Source of the DNA: Centroscyllium fabricii
Lineage: Eukaryota
Assembly (NCBI GenBank): GCA_051313645.2
Contig: JBNRSN020000001.1
Coordinates: 496,434,001 to 496,498,000, forward strand
DNA length: 64,000 nucleotides
Direction of reading: 5' to 3'
Numbering within the stretch: the first letter of the stretch is position 1; each line of letters starts with the position of its first letter. A model generated the notes under the pieces. That model saw only the letters and a program-made list of their open reading frames with translations. It made no database searches and was not told the origin of the DNA. Below, one piece after another: positions 49,473-61,263 of this stretch. The position numbers were made by a program, and so were the translations under genes.

Positions 49473-49945
49473 CATGCCAAGCATCATAGATATTAAGTGA
49501 TATATGGGCAACAACTGTGATGGACACATGAGGGTCGTATACGTCTTTAAAAAGGAAATCCAATTGCTTCAGAAATAATGATCACATTTATTTTGTTTAA
49601 TAAGTTTTCATACTCTGAGGATCTCGAGGTCCTCATAAAGTAAGAAATGTTTTTTCTGTCCTCTTCTGCCCTCCCCGCACACTAATAATGCTTTAAGAAC
49701 TTCACTAGGGACACAGCAGAACCTCCAAACTTAAAAAAGATAACTGTCTTTGTAGAAAATACTGACCCTAAAAAGTTTATCCATTATGTACGATATAAAA
49801 ATTGTTAAACCCTAATAAACTACATGGGTAAGTTTTGTACAGGTTTTCCAAGTCTTTGTAACCCAAAAAAACTGTCCTTTCCTCACTCGTAAAACAATAA
49901 TGGAAAAACCACTTGTTCTGGTATGTCCTGAATTCAGGGTTCACT

Positions 49946-50088
49946 GGGGGTGAAATTGGTCTTTGGTGATGGTGCAAAATGGGTGATGGTGAATCGGCAA
50001 CCCGTCCAATTTTTGTTGACTTTAATGGAAAAGAAAAGTGTAAAACCGGCTGCCAATTTACACAACCGCCGAAGACCAATTTCACAAC
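49946..50088. mobile_element. Short MITE (Harbinger-like)
   Basis: Inverted ends GTGAAATTGGTCTT / AAGACCAATTTCAC. Confidence 0.6.
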
Positions 50089-50944
50089 TTCGACTGAAAA
50101 TTTGACTATAATCAGTCAAGCAATCTGACTGCCTGAAGTTTTTTTTGGCACAAAATAAATTTTAATGATTGTAAACATACTACAACTTCTTCATGAAAAA
50201 ACAATGAATAAAGAGATGTCTGGCAAAATATTCTTTGTTACTAATCTTCTATCTACAAGGCTGTATCAGACCAAAGTCATTTTATATTGAGCTAAAAGCT
50301 GAATGTTGAATGGTAAAATCTGACAAGTAATGTGCTTAAATTCAAACCTCTTCTATTGAAGCTTGCTCCAGAGTGGTTAGACAAACCATCTTATTTAGAT
50401 TTTTTATTCAGTATTCTCTTTCAAAATCTTTGATCATTACAAAAATGATTAAAGAAGTGGGAAAAGCAAATGTTACTTGACAGTTTTAAAAATTAGAAAG
50501 TGAGTTTTATCATTTTAATAAATGAACCTTGTTCCTCCAGGTACATTTTGCTTTAACCAATTGAGTTCTTAGTGTCTTTCATTTGCAGCATACTGTTTTC
50601 AGTGCTACAGTAAGTTCCCAAACTAAGGTATTCAAAGCTTTGTTTTGGAGGGGGAAACTATATAGAAATTAGCAGGTATTAGAAATGTTTTGATTATTTC
50701 ATTTTCTTCTCTTGTCTTTCTGTGGTGGTGCACACATTGTCTTTAATTTTGTTGATGAGGAGAAGTATATTTTACCCTTCAAGCCTCGGAAGGCTTTTAT
50801 TTTATTCTTTCATTTATTAAACCAAATGGTACATGCTTTGTTTTTTACATTGTGTCAGTGTGTTTTTTTATTGTCAATGAGTGTTATGTACAAATGTTAA
50901 CGTGTGCGACTCGGCTAGAGTTCTCCAGGTATCTGTTTCTTTAA

Positions 50945-51160
<216 letters not shown>

Positions 51161-53244
51161 TGATCTGGTCGGTTCTTTTGTAGGGTTCATTCGTGTTGCT
51201 TTCCTCTCTTGCAGGGTTATGAAGATAGAACCTCCTGTCACAGGGCCAGTAGCCATTCTTTCTATCATTTCAGATGAATGTATTTCTAAATTGAAACTAA
51301 ACCTAGGTTTATTTGCCTATTATATTTTTAATTAATAGCTGCTTCAATTTGGAGTGAAGAAATGAGATGTTCCATGACTGAGGATCCCTGTTTATTTGAC
51401 AAAGACTTGCTCTTTGGAGACTTTTCTTTGTTTTATTTTAAACTACACAAAAATGTTATACTGTTGCCTTAAATTCACTTTTAATTTCTGCAGTTTGAGG
51501 AAAGATCATTTTCAACTATCAGCAGCAGTTTGCCAAGAAATATATTACTATGCATCACATTGACAACAGAGTTACTGTGGTGTTCTTCTTCACATAACTA
51601 ACCAACACTGCCTAATCATTGAAGCCCTTAGTTTGCATTATGTCAAAAAGATTATGGCAAATTAAATATGCCAGCTTTGCAAAATTACGTACATAGCAAT
51701 AAATAAAATATGTACAAAGCAAACCATTACATTATATTAGTGTCACACTCTTGTTTCATTTGAGCATCTCCATAATTTGGGTATAATGTAATCTGTTATG
51801 AAATGATTACATAATTGGCATATGTTGATATATTACAAGTAATTAGAACGATAAAAATGCTGTATGGCCATAATGCTGATTATAAGGAATTTTTCAATTC
51901 TGTGCTGCTAGGAAGTAAATAGAAATTATGGCTGGAAAGACTTTTGGCTTTAAGAGACCTTAAATTTGTGTAATTATTTTTCAGCTTGCTTAAACTTTCA
52001 TTAACTGCTCCATTAAATCTAATGTAATGGACATCCTTAGATGTACCACGCTTAAGTTGAACAAATAACTCCTTGAAGATTGCATGACATCAGATGAAAG
52101 TAAGATTAGGGAAAATACTCTGTTAGTTCAATATATGAAATTTAATATCGGGTTTTGGTTTATATTCTCATGTAGTGAACTGAATTTTCAATGAGCTATT
52201 ATTTTTAAGTGTTAAGTGTCATTAAGGTGAAATTACTGGATCATGCTACATGCAATTAAAGTAATGCTTCTTATTAGAAGTGTTGTGTTAAAGAGTAGAT
52301 TGTTAAGGGTTTATATGAACTTTTATTAACAACTGGTTAAAGACAATTGGTATAAAGAAACAGTATTATCATTTATATCATACAGCTGTAAGTTTAATTT
52401 ATGCAATGTATATGTTTTCTACATAACTTGGATATTCTTTCTTTCAACATAACTGTATCATACAGGCTATTTACATGACTTAGTTATTCATAAATATTTC
52501 CTCTGGAACTATTAGTAAACTATATGGAACAAAGAGTCATATAATTTAGAGGGAAGGACAGGTTGAAGTTAAAATACTTTCATATATTTGGTGTTAATCA
52601 TGGAGGTAGTTCAGTATAAGGTGGGGTTTACATACTGTTAATTTACTTCTGCTAAAATAGCTCAAAGAAAGAACTGCTTTCATTTGACACTGTAAGCAGT
52701 GAATTTTTAAACCATCTTTCAACAGTTTTAGGCTGCAACTTAGCATTGACTTTTTTCATTGTGATATTTTATGATTTCTTATATAAAGCATTAATATTAG
52801 AACATTTTCACAAAATCTGGTAAAAGTCTACCTTTGACACTTCCAAACTGGGAGGAATGAATGATGATGGAACTTCATAATCATCCTCTTTCATTTATCC
52901 TGCACATACCTCAGGATAGATGTGCCGTCTAAAGGGGAAAAGTCATAGAGCAGTACAGTACTTCTTTATGATCTTTGCTCACTGTAGCTTTGTGAGAGCC
53001 AAATGGCTTGTCACTCTTCCCATGCTGTATACGATTCATAATCTCAAACACTTCTTTTCTTTTGCCAGCAGGAATTGGGTTACTGTTGCTCTTCCATTAG
53101 GGAACATTTAAAAAAATTATTTTCCACTTTGTGAATTGGTTCTATAATCTCTTGAGAACCACAGCTTATGTTTTTTAGTGACATCTTTAACTCAGGTCAA
53201 TTTAAAGAAGTTTTGATGTCAGTATTTTTTCACGCATAGCTTAT

Positions 53245-53819
53245 GGGAGAAAAATTGGGTTGCTCGCGCCAGCCGTTAACGCCCTAAGAGGGCGGTTAAT
53301 GGGGCGCAAGGCACCTAGCACCTGGGCTGGCGCCTCCCATCATATTCAGTGGGGCGGCGGCGGCAGCCGGTAGCGCCCTGTGGCCCCATGCCGCCGCCGA
53401 TGCCGTCATCGCCGTGCGCAGCGCCTGACTCGCGCCCCAGCCTCAAACTTCACTCGCGGCCCCTGACATAGCGCCGGACGCTGTCACCGACAGTGTCAGG
53501 GGGACGCAGCAGCAGCCGGGCCAGCGCTATTTAAAGGGGTGGGGTGCCGGGCGGCCATTTTTCTTGCTGGCCGCCTGCCGTTCCCGGCCTTCCCCGATGC
53601 TCCCCCCACACCGCGCTCCCCCCCCCCGCGGAGTGCTGGCTGTGCTCCATGAGCCCAGCACTTCCCTCGAAATTGAGTTGTTGCGCCCACGGAACGAGGT
53701 AGGGTGCCTGCAGTAGCGCCCCACCTCCTACTTGGGGCACTAAAACCCAATTTTAGGCGCAACAGCACAAAGTTTTTCGGGGTGCTAATTTCTGAGGTTC
53801 GCGCCCCAATTTTTCCCCC
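53245..53819. mobile_element. GC-rich Harbinger-type MITE
   Basis: TIRs GGGAGAAAAATTGGG / CCCAATTTTTCCCCC with a 3-bp TAT duplication. Confidence 0.8.
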
Positions 53820-55698
53820 TATGTTCTTTGAAATCAAAATCACAAAAGAAAAAAAATCACCCAGGTTTACATGCAGCACAGGACATAGCGGCCAATTGTG
53901 GGACCAATCTCTAAAAGAGCAGCTCTGAAAGTATTACCAAGAAAAAGATAATCAAGTTCTTTATGGACCTAACCTCTTCCTCCAGGTTTTGCTCTAAGGC
54001 TCCAACTTCAAAAGGAACACAGGACAATCTGTAACAGCTATCATACCTTCGTGTCCCTTATTTCTGTGTTGACCCTTCTGCATACCCTCTAATTCCTTTC
54101 CCTAAATCGGCATGAGAGTGAAGGAAGAACTGTCTCCTGACCCACACTCCCCATTACCTCCTGGGTAGATCTCATTTGATGAGCTCAATACCTAAATCAC
54201 ATCAAGTTTGATATACCGATGCTGATGAGCATGCTGTACATCATGACTTACTTTATAACCTATTGGAATTACTGCTGTTCGGGGTTTCCAGGATTCTCAC
54301 TGCCCATTCCAGTGTAGTCTACCAGCAATTTGATTTAGGGAAGCCCGAATGCAATCTTTTCCATGAAAGAAACCATTTTTGTTGTTTCCTTTTTTTAGAA
54401 AGCATCCATGGCATTCCTTGTCTATACACAGTGGGGTCAATTTTCCTCAAGGTGTGGGGAATTGGCGGGTTTCCCGCGGGCACGTTTTCTTCCCATTTTC
54501 TGAAGGGTCTGGGAGATCGTCGCAATTTTGGCTTAATTGGCCAATTAAATACCCGTGTATGGGAAGCCTTACCACAGGACTGTTTCCAGACAGAAAGCCA
54601 GAGGACTTTCGCCTGTTTAAGGAGCCGAGCCGTTAGCCTACTAAACCACAGAGATTGAGTGACAGCTGCTGTCTGTTTCAATGGATTGTGAAACAGGTCT
54701 ATGACATCACTGATGCCTAATCAATAACTTCAAAAGACTAGAAGTTGAGGAGTGAACTATAGGCTTTTATTAACTAAGACATGAGCATACCCATGCTAGT
54801 CGACTGATCCCAGAATGAATGGGGGAGGGAGACAGTCACCTTTATACCTGGGTCCGAGGAGGAGGAGCCGCAGGCGGGGTCAGCACGGGCATGCCCGGAC
54901 AAGCTACACATGAAAGGGCTATGTACATTACAGCAGAGGTCACACACAATGCAGATGGTTACATACATATATACAGTGGTTTACCACATTCACCCCTTGC
55001 TTAAAACAAAGTCCGGCGGGGTAATTTAGGGCAGCCATCAGAGGTTCAGGCTCTCGGGCGGTTTGGTCTGCCTTGTAGATCGCCGTACAGTTGGCGGTGG
55101 AGTCGGCGGCGGTGCTTGTTCTGACGCGGAGTCCCTTACGGTCACTGGCGCGCTCTCCCATTCGTCGTCCGGCCGACGGGTGCGTAGCGACAGATTTGGG
55201 GGCCATACCGTGCTGCCTGCAGGTGCCGGGTGGACGTACCATGGTGCTGGTGCCTCGAGGGTGGCGGTGGGGGGGAGGGGTGCGGGCTGGCGGGTCATGG
55301 TGGTCTCGGGGGCACCCGAGGGTGCCAAGTCCTTGATGGACACCGTGTCCTCCCGCCCATCAGGGTACGCCACGTAGGCGTACTGGGGGTTGGCGTGGAG
55401 GAGACGGACCCGTTCGACCAGGGGATCCGACTTATGGCCCCTCACGTGCTTCCGGAGCAGGACGGGTCCTGGGGACGATAGCCATGACGGCAGCAAGGTC
55501 CCTGAAGCCGACTTCCTGGGGAAGGCAAAGAGTCGTTCGTGAGGGGTGGCGTTAGTGGCCGTACAAAGAAGTGACCTAATGGAGTGGAGCGCTTCGGGGA
55601 GGACGTCCTGCCAGCGGGAGACTGGGAGGCCCTTAGACCGCAGGGCTAATAGGGTGGCCTTCCAGACGGTGGCGTTCTCCCTCTCCACCTGTCCGTTC

Positions 55699-58600
55699 CG
55701 TATCGTCAATGAGACAAAGACGAGTAGTTACCTTAACTAGAGGCTTTTATTCACTTTACAATGGAGCTACTCTCCAGTCGAACATTGAGTACAGAATGAA
55801 TGGGGGCAGGTCAGACCTCACCTATAAGGCGCTCACCTGAGGGGAGGAGTTAGAGGTGTGGCTGACCTGACCTCGCGACAGTGTCGTTATACAAAACTAT
55901 ATACAATGCACCCAGCCACTATACATGCTGGTCTGTAGTGTGCTCAACTATATACACTGGTAATCTTGATTACCACATTCACCCCTTCTTTGAAAATTGA
56001 GTCCGGCGGAGTGAATGGACAGAACCTGATAATGCAGGGAAGGAAAAGATTTGTATATTATTGTATGAGTCCAGCTCAACAGTTCACAATGAGTCTCTCC
56101 GGCGGTCGTGTCTGCCTTGAGGACCGCCGGGGTTCTGGTAGCGGCGCCGGTGCCGGTTGTAGCGGTGGGGTCGGGTCCTCTGGCAGGTGTGTCTGTGGTG
56201 TGGCGTCTGGTTCTCGGTCCTCAGCTGGTAGTGTCGGGGGCCCCGGTGTGTGCGTGTGCATAGGCCAGGATCTGGTGGGTTGTGGTTGGTGTGTAGGCCA
56301 ATAGTCGGTAGGCGGTGGCTGGTCGGGCTGAGGCTCGACCAGGGGCTCTGCTGTGGTGCTCCCGACGGGCACTAGGTCCCTGATGGAAACCGTGTCCTCG
56401 CGCCCGTCCGGGAACTGCACGTAGGCGTACTGCGGGTTGGCGTGCAGCAGCTGCACCTTTTCCACCAGGGGGTCGGTCTTATGGCCGCGGACATGTTTTC
56501 TAAGTAAGACCGGCCCCGGCATCGTGAGCACGGTGGGAGTGCTGTCCCCGAAGTCGACTTCCTGGGGAATGAAAACAGCAAGTCCTGAGGTGTGGCGTTG
56601 GTTGCCGTACACAGCAGACAGCGGATGGAGTGGAGCGCGTCTGGGAGGACTGCCTGCCAACGGGACACTGGAAGGCCTCTGGACTTCAGGGCCAGGCTGA
56701 CCGCCTTCCAGATGATCCCGTTCTCCCTTTCTACCTGGCCGTTCCCCCGAGGGTTGTAACTGGTCGTTCTGCTTGAGGCAACCCCTTTCTGAAGCAGAAA
56801 TTGACGCAGTTCGTCGCTCATGAACGACGACCCCCGGTCGCTATGGATGTAGCTGGGGAGACCGAAAATGGCGAACAGCGTGGTGAAGTGTTTGATCACC
56901 GTTGCGCTCGTCATATCTGGGCAGGGAAGGCAAACGGGAAGCGGGAGAACTCGTCTACGACCGTGAGGAAGTACGAGTTGCGGTCGGTGGAGGGGAGGGG
57001 GCCTTTGAAGTCCACGTTTAGACGTTCAAAGGGGCGGGTGGCCTTAATGAGGTGTGCCGTGTCTGGCCTGTAAAATTGGGGTTTGCACTCGGCGCAAACA
57101 GGGCACTCTCAGGTCATAGCCTTGATCTCCGTGATGGAGTAGGGGAGGCTACGAGGTTTAACGAAATGGGCAAGTCTGGTGATACCCGGGTGGCAGGGGC
57201 GATCGTGGAGTTCCTTCAGCCGGTCTAGCTGGGCACTGGCGCATGTTCCCCTGGACAGTGCGTCCGGGGGTTCATTGAGTTTGCCTGGTCGGTAAAGAAT
57301 GTCGTACTCGTAAGTCGAGAGCTCGATCCGCCACCGCAGGATCTTATCATTCTTGATTTTACCCTTTTGTTTATTGTTAAACATAAACGCGACCGACCGT
57401 TGGTCGGTGAGCAGGGTAAAACGCTTACCGGCCAGGTAATGACGCCAGTAGCGCACGGCCTCCATGATGGCCTGGGCCTCCTTTTCCACTGCAGAGTGGC
57501 GAGTTTCGGGTCCCTGTAGGGTGCGGGAGAAAAACGCTACGGGCCTGCCTGCCTGATTCAGGGTGGCGGCAAGGGCAAAGTCCGAAGCGACACTCTCCAC
57601 CTGGAAAGGGATGGACTCATCAACGGCGTGCATGGTCGCCTTGATAATATCTTCCTTGATCCGGGCGAACGCCGTTTGGGCTTCTACCGAGAGGGGAAGG
57701 ACGGCAGCCTTGAGGAGCGGTCTGGCCTTATCCGCGAACTGGGGAACCCATTGCGCGTAATAGGAGAAAAATCCCAGACATCCCTTCAGGGCTTTGGGGT
57801 TGTGAGGTAGGGGCAGTTCCTGTAAGGGGCCCATACACTGTGGGTCGGGGCTAAGGACCCCGTTTTCCACTACGTATCCGAGGATGGCGAGCCGATCTGT
57901 ACTAAAGACGCACTTGTCTTTATTGTACGTGAGATCGAGCCATTTCGCCGTGTGGAGGAATTTAGCCAGGTTGGCATCGTGGTCCTGCTGGTCATGGCCG
58001 CAGATGGTCACGTTGTCCAGGTAGGGGAAAGTGGCCTGCAACCCATTCTGGTCAACCATGCGGTCCATCTCCCTTTGGAATACCGACACTCCGTTGGTCA
58101 CGCCGAAGGGGACCCGGAGGAAGTGGTAGAGCCGACCGTTCGCCTCGAAGGCGGTGTACGGGCGGTCGGCTTTCCGGATCGGGAGTTGGTGATATGCCGA
58201 CTTAAGGTCGATTGTGGAGAAAACCTTATACTGGCCGATCTGGTTAACCATTTCCGAGATGCGGGGAAGCGGGTAGGCGTCGAGCCCGGTGTAGCAGTTA
58301 ATGGTCTGGCTGTAGTCGATTACCATCCGCAGTTTCTCGCCAGTCTTAACCACTATGACCTGGGCCTGCCAGGGGCTAGTGCTGGCTTCAATTATCCCCT
58401 CCTGCAGCATACGCCCGACCTCCAACCTGATAAATGCCCGATCCCCTGCACTGTAGCGCCGACTCTTGGTAGCAATGGGTTTGCAGTTGGGGTTGAGGAT
58501 GGCGAACAGCGAGCGGGGGTCGACTTTCAGGGTGGATAGGCCGCAAGTCAGGCTCCGCTTTAGGAAGGGATTGTCCCGGCTACTGACGGCGAGGGGCGGC

Positions 58601-59973
58601 AAGGTCCCGCCGAACTCCATTGTCACGCTCTTCAGGTGGCACTGGAAATCCAGTCCCAGTAAGGCTGGGGCGCACAACTGCTGGAGTATGTACAGTTTAA
58701 AATTACGGTACACGCAGTCCCTGACTGTGAGCGTGACGGAGCAGTAGCCGGTGATGTCCGCCGTGTGGGACTTTGAAGCAAGGGAGATTTGGTAGTGCGT
58801 GGGCAGGGTCTGCAGTCCGTAGCGCCGCACTGTGTCGGGGTGAATGAAGCTCTCTGTGCTTCCGGTGTCGAACAGGCAGTTGGTGATATGGCCGTTAACT
58901 TTGATCCCCATCATGGAATTTGATAGGGTGTGCGGCCTAGCCTGGTCGACCGTGGCTGAGGCCGAAGTGTGTGTGCGTATGTGGGGGCCCTCCGCTAGCT
59001 GGGGCCGTGCACAAGATGGCGGCGCCCGTGGTTCGCACGCGGCCGACCGCGGTGGACAAGATGGCGGCGCCGGGGGGTCGCACATGGCCAGCCGTTGAAG
59101 AGAAGATGGCGGCGCCGGGGAGTCGCACATGGCTGGCCGCTGAAGACAAGATGGCGGCGCCGGGGGGTCGCACATGGCTGGCCGCTGAAGACAAGATGGC
59201 GGCGCCCGTGATTCGCACGCGGCGGGCCGCTGTGGATGCGGTGGCGGTGCCCGTGGTTCGCACGCGGCAGGCCGCGGTGGCCGAGTTGGTGGCGCCCGTG
59301 ATTCGCACGCAGCGGGCCGCGCTGGGCGAGATGCCAGCGTTGGGGGGTCGCCCATGACCGACCGCGGCCGTCTTTGGCGTGGCGGTGCCCGTGCCGTGTG
59401 CGCGGCCGGCCTCTGCCGTATCAGGGTGGGAGACGGGGGCGCCTGTAATCTACCCCCGGACCGCTGCTGGGTCGCGCTGCAACAGCAGCTTACCTGAGGC
59501 CATGGGATGGCGTTGGAGCTCTCGCAGGCCGCGCTGTTGTGTCTGGAGCTGGGCGCTGGGGCCGATTTACTGGCCCTGACGTAATGTCCCTTTTTACTGC
59601 ATTTCTCGCAGATCGCGGTCCTCGCGGGGCATTTCGCTCGCGGATGCAGTCCCTGGCCGCAGAAGTAGCTCCATTGTAAAGTGAATAAAATTGATGCATC
59701 GTCAATGAGAGAAAGACGAGTAGTTACCTTAACTAGATGCTTTTATTCACTTTACAATGGAGCTACTCTCCAGTCGAACATTGAGTACAGAATGAATGGG
59801 GACAGGTCAGACCTCACCTATAAGGCGCTCACCTGAGGGGAGGAGTTAGAGGTGTGGCTGACCTGACCTCGCGACAGTGTCGTTATACAAAACTATATAC
59901 AATGCACCCAGCCACTATACATGCTAGTCTGTAGTGTGCTCAACTATATACACTGGTAATCATGATTACCACA
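55699..59973 (-). mobile_element. Gypsy element A' (family A) nested in F; LTRs 55699-55977 and 59692-59973; most of gag deleted
   Basis: LTRs match 41016-41297. A 748-aa linker-PR-RT-RH ORF at 57109-59355 and integrase at 56076-57110. The 5' LTR joins almost directly to the gag knuckle. Confidence 0.95.
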
Positions 59974-60320
59974 GGGTCGTGGTGGTCTCGGGGGCACCCG
60001 AGGTTGCCAGGTCCTTGATGGACACCGTGTCCTCCCGCCCGTCAGGGTACGCCACGTAGGCGTACTGGGGGTTGGCGTGGAGGAGACGGACCCGTTCGAC
60101 CAGGGGATCCGACTTATGGCCCCTCACGTGCTTCCGGAGCAGGACGGGTCCTGGGGACGATAGCCATGACGGCAGCAAGGTCCCTGAAGCCGACTTCCTG
60201 GGGAAGGTAAAGAGTCGTTCGTGAGGGGTGGTGTTAGTGGCCGTACAAAGAAGTGACCTAATGGAGTGGAGCGCTTCGGGGAGGACGTCCTGCCAGCGGG
60301 AGACTGGGAGGCCCTTAGAC

Positions 60321-61263
60321 CAGTGGTCCCCAACCGGGACAATTTTACCGGGCCGCGCAACGATTTGCGCTTCCTCCTTAAATAACGCTTTTTTTTGGCT
60401 GGACCGCTTGTTTCCGTCTGTGCCTCATTCAACGATGCACAGACGGAAGCCGTTTAACGAGGCACAGACGTAGGGCTTGCGTCTGTGCCCCCCCCTCACC
60501 GCCCACGTCGTGACGTCACGACGCAAGCGGTGAAGAGAAAGGGCGCTCGAGGCACAGACGCAAGGCTTGAACTTGATTGCGCACCCCCGACGGTCCCCCC
60601 CCTCCCCCCGCCAGCAGTATATATGCTTTTGTTTGGTGTTCATCTCTTGCGCTTCTCCGCTTAATAGTTCAGTTTAGTCACTAGGCTGGACTAAGCGGAG
60701 AAACGCGGGAGATGGACACCAAATGGAAGTGTGTGTTTTGCTGGCGGGGGGAGGGGGGCCGACGGGGGTGCGTGGGGGAGAGGGGGGCCGACGGGGCTCC
60801 GGCGGCCAGACGGCGCGACGGGGCGCGGCGCCGCTCCAGCTCCAGCCCACTGAAACACAATCTCTCCGCTCCCACGGGGGAGGCCCGGGCCCCGGCGGGC
60901 GGCATGACCCCTCTCCCAAAACGCCCCCCGCCAGCGTTTGGCACAAAGGAAACACCAAACTTTAGTGTTTCCCTTGTGCCAAACACCGGCAAAAAGCACC
61001 TTGAGAGAAGGGCCATGCCGCCCACCAGAACACGAACCTCCCCAACGAGAGCGAAGAGACTGCACCCCAGCAGGCCGGAGCCGGAACAGCACCGCACCCC
61101 GCCACGCCATCCGACCGCCCGAACCCGACCCCCCCCCCGCCGCCGCCACCACCCCCCCCCGCCGCCGCCGCCACCACCCCCTCCCCGCCGCCAGCACACC
61201 CCCCCACCCCGCCGCCAGCAACCTCAAAATGGGCCGCGGAGCCAAAAAGGTTGGGGACCCCTG
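60321..61263. mobile_element. Non-autonomous hAT (Charlie-like) transposon inserted in the integrase of F
   Basis: 15-bp TIRs CAGTGGTCCCCAACC / GGTTGGGGACCCCTG and a perfect 8-bp TSD CCTTAGAC (60313-60320 / 61264-61271). Confidence 0.95.
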
